Assembly (NCBI GenBank): GCA_037142715.1
Contig: JBAXAD010000003.1
Span: 738-64,737 of the forward strand
Length of the DNA stretch: 64,000 bases
Reading direction: 5' to 3'
From: Paludibacter sp.
GTDB lineage: Bacteria; Bacteroidota; Bacteroidia; Bacteroidales; Paludibacteraceae
The notes under the pieces are model-generated. The model searched no databases. It saw nothing but the letters and a program-made list of their open reading frames with translations, and had not been told where the DNA came from. Below are positions 9,960-19,166 of this stretch, one piece after another (positions within the stretch are counted from its first letter, which is position 1; every line of letters starts with the position of its first letter). The translations under genes were made by a program, and so were the position numbers.

Positions 9960-10598
9960 AAACGCCAAATCCCCAGCGTCGCCAAGTCCAGGAATGATGT
10001 ACGAATGCTCGTTTAATTCTGGGTCTATTGCTGCTGCCCAAACCGTTGTAGTTGCTTCAGGAAAGTGTGCTGCCACATAATCGATAGCTACCTGACTGGC
10101 AATAACCGTTGCTATATGAATCTGTTTTGGTTTACCCTTTGTTAGTAAAGCTCCATACGCCAATTCCATTGAACTTCCTGTTGCCAGCATAGGGTCGGTA
10201 ATAATCAGCGTTTTACCATCTATATTCGGCGAGGCAATGTATTCAATAAAAATGTCAAATTTCAATGCATCTTTGTATTTACGGTAAGCAGAAACAAAAG
10301 CATTTTCAGCGGTGTCAAAGTAATTGAGAAATCCTGTATGAAATGGCAAACCAGCCCGTAATATCGTAGAAATCACGATGTTTTCATCTATTTCTTCAAT
10401 TTTTGCAATGCCCAATGGAGTTTGAATATCCTCTAGTTTGTATTGCATGGTTTTACTAATCTCGTAGGCCATTATTTCACCAATACGCTCCATATTTCTA
10501 CGAAAACGCATCGAATCTTTTTGAATTTCTACTGAGCGGATTTCTTTAATATAATGTTTCAGAACGGAATTATTGTCCGATAAATTAATGATTTTCAT
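9945..10598 (-). CDS. upp: Uracil phosphoribosyltransferase
   Basis: ILRAG, PRPP-binding ITDPMLATGSS and C-terminal YIIPGLGDAGD motifs. Confidence 0.96.
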   Translation of the reverse strand: MKIINLSDNNSVLKHYIKEIRSVEIQKDSMRFRRNMERIGEIMAYEISKTMQYKLEDIQTPLGIAKIEEIDENIVISTILRAGLPFHTGFLNYFDTAENAFVSAYRKYKDALKFDIFIEYIASPNIDGKTLIITDPMLATGSSMELAYGALLTKGKPKQIHIATVIASQVAIDYVAAHFPEATTTVWAAAIDPELNEHSYIIPGLGDAGDLAFGEKL

Positions 10599-10619
10599 AT
10601 AGTTGTAATTTCTAAATTT

Positions 10620-12278
10620 TCAATTATTATTATCTCTTTCGCGAATTTCGGCTCTGCGAATTTTACCGCTGATAGTTTTGGGCAATTCGTCCACAAATTG
10701 AATAATTCGTGGGTATTTATAAGGTGCTGTAACTGTTTTCACATGGTCTTGAATCTCTTTTATCAACAGTTCACCTGCTTTTTCTTTGTATTCATTGGCC
10801 AAAATAATAGTGGCTTTCACTATTTGTCCACGGATTTCGTCGGGTATGCCAGTTATAGCACATTCCACCACTGCAGGATGCGTCATTAACGCACTTTCCA
10901 CTTCAAAAGGACCAATTCGATAGCCTGAACTCTTAATCACATCGTCTGTACGACCTACAAACCAGTAATATCCATCTTCATCACGCCACGCCACATCGCC
11001 TGTGTAATACACATTGTCATGCCACGCCTCATTGGTGAGGCTTTCATTGCGGTAGTAGCCCTTAAAAAGGCCTACAGGATAGTGTTTGTCGGTACGAATA
11101 ACAATCTGTCCCTGTTCACCCACTTCGGCAGAACGACCTTCGGGCGTTAGTAAATCCATATCGTAATGAGGATTTACTAATCCCATCGAACCTGGCTTTG
11201 GCTCTGCCCATGGCGAAGTGAAAAGCGTAAGTGTTGTTTCGCTTTGTCCGTATCCTTCGCGAAGTTTAATGCCGGTAAGTTTGAGAAACTGCTCATAAAC
11301 GGCAGGATTGAGTGCTTCCCCAGCTATTGTGCAATATTCCAATGATGACAAATCATATCTCGATATATCCTCACGAATCAAAAAACGGAAAATTGTAGGC
11401 GGTGCACAAAGAGAGGTAATTTTATATTTTTCAATCATGGCAAGCATGTCTAATGACGAAAATTTCTCATGGTCGTACACAAATACGCAGGCACCAACTA
11501 TCCATTGTCCATAAAGTTTTCCCCAAACGGCCTTCAACCAACCCGTGTCAGCTATTGTTAGATGCAAACTATCTTCATGCAGATTGTGCCAAAATTTAGC
11601 TGTAACAATGTGAGCCAATGGATAAATGCAATCCAACATTACCATTTTTGGATTTCCGGTTGTGCCCGAAGTGAAACTTATTATAAGCGGGTCGGCATTA
11701 TTAGTAACTTTTTCAATGGGAGAAAAAGGTGCGGCGTTTTCAATTCCTTCGTGAAAATCATGCCAACCTTCCGGAACTATTTTTCCAACGGAAATCAGCA
11801 TTTCAACGCTTGGTGACTCAGGCATGGAATCGTTGATGTGGTTGATAATACTTTCTTCACCAACAGCTATAATTGCTTTAATATCAGCGGCATTATTGCG
11901 ATAAACCAAGTCTTTTTTTGTCAGTAAATGGGTGGCGGGAATGATGACAGCACCAATTTTATGCAATGCAATAATAGTGAACCAAAATTCATAACGACGT
12001 TTGAGAATGGCCATTACGATGTCTCCTTTTTTTATTCCCAGGCTTTGAAAATAGGATGCTGTTTGGTCGGAATATTGCTTCATTTCGGCAAAAGTAAATG
12101 TGCGACTTTCACCCAAGTCGTTTGTCCATAGCAAAGCCCTTTTGTTGGGTGCCTTTGCTGCCCATTGGTCAACAATATCGTAGCCAAAATTAAAATTGTC
12201 GGGAACTATAAGCTTGTAATTTGCCTTGAAATCTTCAAAGTTGCTAAATTCTGTTTGTTCTAGGTATTTATCGAGCAT
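10620..12278 (-). CDS. AMP-binding acyl-CoA synthetase (acetate/short-chain acyl-CoA ligase)
   Basis: FTSGTTGNPK, EGYGQSET, YYTGD, GRTDDVIKSSGYRIGPFEVE and PKTISGKIRR adenylation motifs. Confidence 0.92.
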   Translation of the reverse strand: MLDKYLEQTEFSNFEDFKANYKLIVPDNFNFGYDIVDQWAAKAPNKRALLWTNDLGESRTFTFAEMKQYSDQTASYFQSLGIKKGDIVMAILKRRYEFWFTIIALHKIGAVIIPATHLLTKKDLVYRNNAADIKAIIAVGEESIINHINDSMPESPSVEMLISVGKIVPEGWHDFHEGIENAAPFSPIEKVTNNADPLIISFTSGTTGNPKMVMLDCIYPLAHIVTAKFWHNLHEDSLHLTIADTGWLKAVWGKLYGQWIVGACVFVYDHEKFSSLDMLAMIEKYKITSLCAPPTIFRFLIREDISRYDLSSLEYCTIAGEALNPAVYEQFLKLTGIKLREGYGQSETTLTLFTSPWAEPKPGSMGLVNPHYDMDLLTPEGRSAEVGEQGQIVIRTDKHYPVGLFKGYYRNESLTNEAWHDNVYYTGDVAWRDEDGYYWFVGRTDDVIKSSGYRIGPFEVESALMTHPAVVECAITGIPDEIRGQIVKATIILANEYKEKAGELLIKEIQDHVKTVTAPYKYPRIIQFVDELPKTISGKIRRAEIRERDNNN

Positions 12279-12446
12279 TGGTAATCGTTTATTTAGGAAA
12301 GAAATTATATGTGAATCAAATGGTTACATATAATTAAAACGTTTTCTAATAGTTTATTGAGGATTTTGTTTAGCAATTATAAATTCTAGATAGCTTGTTT
12401 GGTAATAGTTTGTGGCACTTGTCTTCAAAATACCGATAGGTATTTT

Positions 12447-12521
12447 CTATGTGTTCTTTAAAGTAAACACGTAGTGTTTTATTCTATGTGTTCCAATGTG
12501 TTAGCTATATGAGACTATGTG
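12447..12521. repeat. CTATGTG short repeat/hairpin cluster (family E)
   Basis: CTATGTGTT...AACACGTAG hairpin at 12447-12474, then CTATGTG-like units at 12484, 12494, 12505 and 12515. Confidence 0.6.
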
Positions 12522-12559
12522 TCTAATTTCTTATGCATTGTGTTTTTTCTAAGAAATAA

Positions 12560-13360
12560 CTATTTGATATGCGATGCTTTTAATCCTTTAATCACTGCAT
12601 TAGAGAATCCGTTGGCTTCCATTTCGTTCAATCCTTTTATGGTTATTCCGCCAGGCGTTGTTACCTTGTCAATTTCCACTTCTGGATGTGAATTGTTGGC
12701 TTCCAATAAATCAATGGCGCCTCGCAAAGTTTGAATCACCACTTCCTTGGCCACATTTGGATAAATTCCCATTTCCACGCCACCTTCCATGGCAGCTCTT
12801 ATGTATCGAAAAGCATAAGCAATTCCGCATGAAGAAAGCGACATAAAGGCATTCAATTGTGCTTCGGGAACAAGAAAAGTTTTACCTAGTTCACCAAAAA
12901 TCGCCATAATCAGTTCTTCTTGTTCCTTATTTGCACGAAAAGAAGAAATTGTAGAAACACTTTGCAAAACGTCGATAGCAGTGTTTGGAATAACCCGAAA
13001 GAAGGTTGCTTCTGTATCAAAAAGACCAGCTAATTGCTCGAAATTGACTCCAGCGGCAATGGATACAATGATTTGTTTCTTGAAATCAAACTTGTTTTCA
13101 ATTTCTTCAGCCACCACTTCTACCAACCAAGGTTTCACGGCCAGAATGATTATATCGGCATCTTTGATAATATCGCGGTTGGAAGTACTCACCGTTATTT
13201 CAGTCGCAAAAGCGGTTATTGCATCCAAGTTGGCTTGTGACACATCGCTTACCCGTATATTTTTCGATTGAATCAGCTTGCCTTTCGATAAACCACGTGC
13301 AATGGCTCCACCCATATTTCCTGCACCAATAATGGCAATTTGCAAATTTGTTGTTTCCAT
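12560..13360 (-). CDS. proC: Pyrroline-5-carboxylate reductase
   Basis: IGAGNMG Rossmann motif, LAVKP, SIAAGV and VTTPGGITIKGL motifs. Confidence 0.95.
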   Translation of the reverse strand: METTNLQIAIIGAGNMGGAIARGLSKGKLIQSKNIRVSDVSQANLDAITAFATEITVSTSNRDIIKDADIIILAVKPWLVEVVAEEIENKFDFKKQIIVSIAAGVNFEQLAGLFDTEATFFRVIPNTAIDVLQSVSTISSFRANKEQEELIMAIFGELGKTFLVPEAQLNAFMSLSSCGIAYAFRYIRAAMEGGVEMGIYPNVAKEVVIQTLRGAIDLLEANNSHPEVEIDKVTTPGGITIKGLNEMEANGFSNAVIKGLKASHIK

Positions 13361-13378
13361 AATGCTATGTTTTATATG

Positions 13379-13580
13379 AACCCCTAGTACGTCAGCTGAC
13401 GGAGAAGTAAGTAAGTTTTATTTTTGTAAAATTAATCTAAAGTTTTGTATGACAATATATTTAGAATGTAATCCTGATAGCTTTTCGATTGGTTTTAAAT
13501 AGTCCCAATTTAAATTATAAAAGTGAATTTAAAATTAAATCAATACTAACTTCAAACTCCCCTTTAGGGGTTGGGGGTCA
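13379..13580. repeat. MITE-like palindromic element, family C, copy 2
   Basis: Left arm AACCCCTAGTACGTCAGCTGACGGAGAA; right arm ATCAATACTAACTTCAAACTCCCCTTTAGGGGTTGGGGGTC. Confidence 0.6.
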
Positions 13581-13582
13581 TT

Positions 13583-14611
13583 TTAATTTTCCAAAGAATT
13601 CCAGCCTTGTGCCCTTAGTTCTATTTCTTCGCCTTCGCGCCCCACCAATTGCAGACCGTGCGCCGATTTGGTAATATGACCTACCACCGCAATGCCTTCC
13701 ATGGTTATTATTTTGTCATAATCTTCGAGCGAAGCCGTGAAAAGCAATTCGTAATCCTCACCACCATTCAGAGCAGCCGTCACAATGTTCATATTCAACT
13801 CTTCGGCCATTACAACCGCTTGATAATGAATAGGAATTTTATCTTCAAAAACCCGACAACCCACATTGCTTTGCGAACAAATATGCATCAATTCTGATGA
13901 TAATCCGTCCGAAATATCCATCATGGATGTTGGTAAAATGCCTTTTTCGCGAAGTGATTTTATAATATCCTGACGCGCTTCTGGTTTCAATTGACGTTGT
14001 AAGATGTAATCTTTTTCCTCAAAATCGGGCTGAACTTCTTCATTGCCTGCAAAAACCATTTTTTCGCGTTCCAACAACTGAAGACCCATGTATGCCGAGC
14101 CCAAATCGCCCGTTACGCAAATCAAATCATTTTCCTTGGCACCGTTTCTGTACACAATTTTATCTGCTTCCGCTTCGCCAATGCAAGTAATGCTAATGGC
14201 CAAACCAGTAAGCGAGGCCGATGTGTCGCCACCCACCAAATCAACGCCATATTTTTTGCATGCCAATGAAATGCCTGCATAAAACTGGTCCAAATCTTCC
14301 ACCGAAAAACGCTTAGAAACGCCAATAGAAACAGTAATTTGTTTCGGGTCGCCGTTCATGGCATAAATGTCCGAGAAGTTCACCACGGCAGCTTTATAAC
14401 CCAAATGCATGAGCGGCACATACACCAAATCAAAGTGGATACCTTCCAGCAATAAGTCGGTGGTAACCAGCACTTTTTTGTTTTCGTAACTCAGCACTGC
14501 TGCATCATCTCCAATGCCCAAAAGGGTTGACGGGTTTTCGTTCTTAAATTTTTCGGTCAAGTGTTTAATTAAACCAAATTCGCCGTAAGTTGATATTTCT
14601 GTTCGTTGCAT
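13583..14611 (-). CDS. thiL: Thiamine-monophosphate kinase
   Basis: GEFGLI, GIGDDAAV, NFSDIYAM, GGDT, DISDGL and GGEDYELLFT motifs. Confidence 0.96.
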   Translation of the reverse strand: MQRTEISTYGEFGLIKHLTEKFKNENPSTLLGIGDDAAVLSYENKKVLVTTDLLLEGIHFDLVYVPLMHLGYKAAVVNFSDIYAMNGDPKQITVSIGVSKRFSVEDLDQFYAGISLACKKYGVDLVGGDTSASLTGLAISITCIGEAEADKIVYRNGAKENDLICVTGDLGSAYMGLQLLEREKMVFAGNEEVQPDFEEKDYILQRQLKPEARQDIIKSLREKGILPTSMMDISDGLSSELMHICSQSNVGCRVFEDKIPIHYQAVVMAEELNMNIVTAALNGGEDYELLFTASLEDYDKIITMEGIAVVGHITKSAHGLQLVGREGEEIELRAQGWNSLEN

Positions 14612-14622
14612 TCTTTTTGTTT

Positions 14623-14745
14623 AAAGTCTAAAGTCAAAGGTCTAAAGTCAAAGGTCTATTCCTTTAACAAAACTATATTTGTTGATGTCCAATGTCATTA
14701 GACCTTTGTCCTTTGTCCTTCGACTTAAGACCTCAGACCTTTGAC
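14623..14745. repeat. Inverted pair of heptamer tandem-repeat blocks (family D)
   Basis: AAAGTCT-AAAGTCA-AAGGTCT-AAAGTCA-AAGGTCT (14623-14657) facing AGACCTT-TGTCCTT-TGTCCTT-CGACTTA-AGACCTC-AGACCTT (14700-14741). Confidence 0.75.
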
Positions 14746-14757
14746 ATTCGACCGATT

Positions 14758-15201
14758 TTATATTTTATCCACTCTTCTTTGGTGTCTTCCACCTTCAAAA
14801 TCTGTCACAAAAAATGTATCAACAATATCCAAAGCTTCAGATTCAGTAACAAATCGAGCAGGTAATGAAAGAACATTTGCATCGTTGTGTTGGCGTGATA
14901 AAGCAGCAATTTCTGGGTTCCAGCAAAGCGCAGCACGAATGCCCAAGTGTTTGTTTAGCACCATACTAATGCCATTTCCGGTTCCACAGATTGAAATTCC
15001 GTAATCGAACTCGCCCTTTTTGATTGCCGACGCCATTGGATGTGCGTAATCTGGATAATCAGAACTTTCTGTTGAATAAGCGCCAAAATCTTTAATTTCT
15101 TCAGCTCCTTTGCCTTCAAGGTATTCAATAATTTGGTTTTTTAAGTCGTAGCCTGCATGGTCGTTGCAAATTGCAATGCGAAGATGTTTTAGATGATTCA
15201 T
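14758..15201 (-). CDS. rpiB: Ribose-5-phosphate isomerase B
   Basis: DHAG, DYPD, CGTGNG, RQHNDANVL and FEGGRHQRRV motifs. Confidence 0.96.
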   Translation of the reverse strand: MNHLKHLRIAICNDHAGYDLKNQIIEYLEGKGAEEIKDFGAYSTESSDYPDYAHPMASAIKKGEFDYGISICGTGNGISMVLNKHLGIRAALCWNPEIAALSRQHNDANVLSLPARFVTESEALDIVDTFFVTDFEGGRHQRRVDKI

Positions 15202-15227
15202 GGTATATTGCTGTTTTTAAAGTTTCA

Positions 15228-15235
15228 CAAAAGTA
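15228..15235 (-). promoter_or_regulatory. Sigma-A -7 element for rpiB
   Basis: TACTTTTG on the minus strand, 27 nt upstream of the ATG. Confidence 0.5.
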
Positions 15236-15366
15236 AATAATTAATTTCAACTATCGATGAATTTCAAGCTTTTCAACATTTTTGAAATGGGTTAATTGTA
15301 TTTGAAATTTCTTTTTAAGTGAAATTTAGTTGAGGGTATTTTGATTTGTTGATACAGTTGTTGATG

Positions 15367-16347
15367 TTAATTACTTTTATTAATCAGATTTACAACCACT
15401 TTCACTATCATGTTCATGTTTTTTTCTTCGGTGCGGCTTTCGGCAATCATAAGCGTAAGTGCCACCAGCGTGTTGTTTTCAATTAATTTTGTTCCATTTT
15501 CACGGTAAAGAATGTTGTTTTTATCCAGAAACCACAAAAGCAAAAAGGCTGCAATTCGTTTATTACCATCGCTAAATGAGTGATTTTTAGTTACTAAATA
15601 AAGCAACATGGCTCCTTTTTCTTCAATACTCGGATAAAGCTCCTCGCCATCAAAGGTTTGATAAATAGTATTTATAGAACTATCAAACGATTCATCTTTT
15701 TCGTTGCCAAACAAACCACCACTTCCAAACTTATCTTTCAGCAAAGTGATAACAGTCATGGCTTCGTCATAAGTTGCTCTAAATTTGGTTGTTTCACTTG
15801 TGTTCCCAACTTCAAGTTGTTGATAGTCATATCTATCAAGTATATCTAAACCATATGTATAATCGGTAATTACTCGCAACAAACCGGAAGTTTCATCTGC
15901 CGACAATTCATGATTCTGAATAACATTGGATAGCAATTTTATGGTTTTCTTTAAATCTTCCAATTGTTCCAACTTTACTTTTTGGTTTATAGCATAACCC
16001 TTTACAAGATAGTCTTTTAATATACTATTTGCCCAGATGCGGAATTGAGTTCCACGGATAGATTTTACGCGGTAGCCTACTGAAATGATGACATCTAGAT
16101 TATAATATTTTGTTTTATATGTTTTTCCATCTAAAGCAGCTGTCAAGTATTCCTTGACAGCTGAATCTTGTCCTAATTCCCCTTCTTTGAAAATATTGTT
16201 TATGTGTAAGCTTACATTTTGTTTAGATGAATCAAATAGCTCTGCCATTTGTGCCTGTGTCAACCAAACTGTGTCTTCTTCCAATCGAACATCCAATGCT
16301 GTACCGCCGTCAGGTGTGCTGTAAATGATAATTTCTCCTTTGTTCAT
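15367..16347 (-). CDS. RhuM-like N-terminal domain fused to Fic/Doc domain
   Basis: VWLTQAQMAELF...YNLDVIISVGYRVKS (RhuM-like) plus Doc-type motif HSFSDGNKRIA. Confidence 0.85.
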   Translation of the reverse strand: MNKGEIIIYSTPDGGTALDVRLEEDTVWLTQAQMAELFDSSKQNVSLHINNIFKEGELGQDSAVKEYLTAALDGKTYKTKYYNLDVIISVGYRVKSIRGTQFRIWANSILKDYLVKGYAINQKVKLEQLEDLKKTIKLLSNVIQNHELSADETSGLLRVITDYTYGLDILDRYDYQQLEVGNTSETTKFRATYDEAMTVITLLKDKFGSGGLFGNEKDESFDSSINTIYQTFDGEELYPSIEEKGAMLLYLVTKNHSFSDGNKRIAAFLLLWFLDKNNILYRENGTKLIENNTLVALTLMIAESRTEEKNMNMIVKVVVNLINKSN

Positions 16348-16363
16348 GGTCGGATTTTTTTTC

Positions 16364-18469
16364 TTATTTCTTCTTCCAAACGCTCACTTCAGTCAAATGT
16401 TTTTCCGAAATTCTTGACGATTTACGAAGTGTCAATACCAAATCAAAAGGTTTATTTTCCAATGTAAAATACTTATCCAGAATAGTTTGTATTCCTTCGA
16501 ATGAAGTCAACGGCTCACCATCTTGTTTGAAACCACCTGGCCAATGTGCTCGTTTTGTTTCGTTGCCGTCCCAATTATAAGTGGAGGTGATAATTAAAAT
16601 ACCATTTTCATTCAAGCGGTCTTGAATGTTTTTCAAAAACAGTATTGGGCAAATCAATTCTTCCAATAAATTGGGCACAATAATCAAGTCGTAACCGGTG
16701 TAAATAGGTTTCAGGTTATTGGCGTCGGCTTGCATAAAAAGAATATTGTCCTTACCGCTTTCAAGACTCATTTCCGACAAAACCACGTCTCGATAAAAAA
16801 CCAATTCGCCTTCATCTTTTACAATATAGCGAATAAAACCTTTTTCCTGCAACTGAATGGGCATGCGAATAAAACGTGTCGACAAATCGAGCGCCGTCAC
16901 TTTTTCGAAATGTTGCGCAAGTTCAAAGGCGAGTCGTCCTGTTTCTGCATTCAAATCCAGTACGCTGATATTCTTATTATTACCAACACTTTCAATGGCT
17001 ATTTTGGCCAATTGTTTGGAGAAATTTTCTGTATCAGTAAATGCATCACCCCAGTTTGTTTCGCACGAATTTGCTACTTCCCGATCTGTTTCATATTCAT
17101 CGTTGTGTAAAATTAGCGGCATTTCCGATTCCACCATTCTGAATCCAGCATGTTGGTAGAAATGTCTACGGAATGCATAGCGTGCATGACTAGCAGCTTC
17201 ATTTCCAGTGGAAATCCACGAACCTCCTTTGATTATATTGTGTTTTCCGTCAAAAGTTGGTGCAGTAAAATCGTCGTAAAGTGGATGCACTTTGAAGCCA
17301 GGATAGCCGGTAATTGGCGTTTCGGTCCATTGCCAAACGTTGCCTACCACATCGTAAAAATCACCTACTGGGAACGAATCAACTGGGCAAGGTGAAGTAA
17401 AATGCTCCAAATTAATGTTTCCCGGCGCAGTTTCCCATTCTAGAACGTCCGTTACTTTTACGTGCTCTGATAGTCGTTTCCATTCAGCTTCTGTTGGCAG
17501 GCGCAATGTTTTGCCAGTTTGCTTACTTTTCCAGTTGCAAAAGGCTTTTGCTTCCAAATAATTCACTTCTGCAGGCCAGTTCCAGGGCATTTCTATTTCC
17601 TCTGCCACCAAACGTAGGCGATATTTTCTGTTTTTTATTTGCCAAAATAACGGCATTTCGGCTTGTTTAAATGTCTTCCAATTCCAGCCTTCTTCTGTCC
17701 AAAATTCTTGTGCGTGATAGCCACCAACTTCAACGAATTCTAGAAATTCTCCGTTGGAAATAAGGTATTTTGACGTTTTGAAATTTGAAACCTTTTCCGT
17801 GTATTTTCCATATTCATTGTCCCATCCATAAAGCGGATGTTCGAAAGATTTTCCCAAATGCATTTCAGCGCCTGGAACTGGCAATAATTCATTTTTAGGA
17901 GCTGCTCCATTTTCAGTACAGATTTCTCCAAATTTTCCTGCAACCACTTCGTCCAAAGGTAATTGGCGAATAAGAACCGATGAAGTTTCAAGATGAATGC
18001 GTTCATGTTCAATACCCATCATGATAATCCATAGTGGGTCATTCCACGTAATGGGAAGGTTTAATGTGGCATTTTCAATCACCTCCAAAATCACTTTTTT
18101 GGCTTTATTTCTGTAATCACGAACGGCATCAACACTTGGCCAATTGTAATGTTTTTCGTTCAAATCATCCCAGCTCATTTCGTCTACGCCAATAGCAAAA
18201 ATGGACTCAAATTCGGGATTTATTCGTTCCTCCAGCATTTTTGCCAGAAACAATTTATTGATAAAAAACACTGCTGTATGTCCAAAATAGAAAAGCAGCA
18301 CATGGCGCAATGGGTCGCCACGATGGTAGAATACCTCATCGGATTTTAGCTGGGTGTACAGCTTTTCGTCCACTGCCCATGTTTTCTCAAAATAGTTGAT
18401 AATTTCCCGACGTTTATCTTCGGGTTTTCCATTCCGCAAATCAATTGTTTTGGTCAATAAATCTTGCAT
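16364..18469 (-). CDS. ovoA: 5-histidylcysteine sulfoxide synthase with C-terminal methyltransferase-like domain
   Basis: DinB_2-like N-terminus with HERIHLE (Hx3HxE iron-binding; 17987-18007), FGE-sulfatase-like domain with HPLYDDF and FYQHAGFR, then a Rossmann methyltransferase-like C-terminus. Confidence 0.9.
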   Translation of the reverse strand: MQDLLTKTIDLRNGKPEDKRREIINYFEKTWAVDEKLYTQLKSDEVFYHRGDPLRHVLLFYFGHTAVFFINKLFLAKMLEERINPEFESIFAIGVDEMSWDDLNEKHYNWPSVDAVRDYRNKAKKVILEVIENATLNLPITWNDPLWIIMMGIEHERIHLETSSVLIRQLPLDEVVAGKFGEICTENGAAPKNELLPVPGAEMHLGKSFEHPLYGWDNEYGKYTEKVSNFKTSKYLISNGEFLEFVEVGGYHAQEFWTEEGWNWKTFKQAEMPLFWQIKNRKYRLRLVAEEIEMPWNWPAEVNYLEAKAFCNWKSKQTGKTLRLPTEAEWKRLSEHVKVTDVLEWETAPGNINLEHFTSPCPVDSFPVGDFYDVVGNVWQWTETPITGYPGFKVHPLYDDFTAPTFDGKHNIIKGGSWISTGNEAASHARYAFRRHFYQHAGFRMVESEMPLILHNDEYETDREVANSCETNWGDAFTDTENFSKQLAKIAIESVGNNKNISVLDLNAETGRLAFELAQHFEKVTALDLSTRFIRMPIQLQEKGFIRYIVKDEGELVFYRDVVLSEMSLESGKDNILFMQADANNLKPIYTGYDLIIVPNLLEELICPILFLKNIQDRLNENGILIITSTYNWDGNETKRAHWPGGFKQDGEPLTSFEGIQTILDKYFTLENKPFDLVLTLRKSSRISEKHLTEVSVWKKK

Positions 18470-18472
18470 ATT

Positions 18473-19000
18473 CTAAACTAGTTTTTTGTGTAAATATATT
18501 TTTTTCATTACGAAAGTTCCGTTCCCGTCCGCTTTCGTCTTTGTTTGTTCAATATTGGCAATTTGCTCAAAACCAACCTTTTGATATAATGAAATGGCTC
18601 CCACGTTTTCATCCCAAACCCGAATAAAAGCATCTGTGAAAATCGATTTATCAACTGTTTGGAAAAATTCATTCAATAATTTTGTCCCAATTCCCATACC
18701 ACGTGCTGATTCTGTCACCATCATTTCTGCCACGTATACGCATTTATCAAGCGGAAAGTTTTTGTAAATCTCAGGTGGAACGGCCTTGTCAAGTTTTAAT
18801 GGACAGCACAAAATTGCACCCATTACCTGCAAATTCTCAACCGCAAGTAACGCATATCCTTCCGTCAGAATTTCATCAATATATTGATTTAACACTACTG
18901 TATCAATGTATTGTTTTGACAAACCAGTTGAGAAAGCTTCAATGTATAACGCAATTAAGTCTTTACGCTGTTTGGAATTGTTGATTTTGACAATTTGCAT
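18473..19000 (-). CDS. GNAT family N-acetyltransferase, translationally coupled to ovoA
   Basis: Acetyl-CoA motif ARGMGIGTKLL and N..AISLYQKVGF. Stop codon lies 3 nt before the ovoA ATG. Confidence 0.88.
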   Translation of the reverse strand: MQIVKINNSKQRKDLIALYIEAFSTGLSKQYIDTVVLNQYIDEILTEGYALLAVENLQVMGAILCCPLKLDKAVPPEIYKNFPLDKCVYVAEMMVTESARGMGIGTKLLNEFFQTVDKSIFTDAFIRVWDENVGAISLYQKVGFEQIANIEQTKTKADGNGTFVMKKIYLHKKLV

Positions 19001-19034
19001 GCAAACAATTTTCTTTTTGATATTGACGTGACTG

Positions 19035-19042
19035 CAAAATTA
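19035..19042 (-). promoter_or_regulatory. Sigma-A -7 element for GNAT-ovoA operon
   Basis: TAATTTTG(C) on the minus strand, 35 nt upstream of the GNAT ATG. Confidence 0.55.
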
Positions 19043-19077
19043 GACAATTCACGCTTATGATTAGCTATTTCCAACGA

Positions 19078-19119
19078 ATAAAATCAAAACACCCATACAT
19101 TGATATAAATGCATGGGTG
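19078..19119 (-). terminator. Intrinsic terminator after DUF2271 genes
   Basis: CACCCATGCATT/AATGTATGGGTG stem followed by TTTTGATTTT on the minus strand. Confidence 0.6.
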
Positions 19120-19166
19120 AGAGTAAGATATTAGACTTTTTTATTGACAGTATAACATTTTTTCAA

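Noticed and set aside
14623-14745. Diversity-generating retroelement or retron suggested by the repeat blocks
   Set aside because: No reverse transcriptase, no accessory gene, and no TR/VR pair with adenine-specific mismatches.
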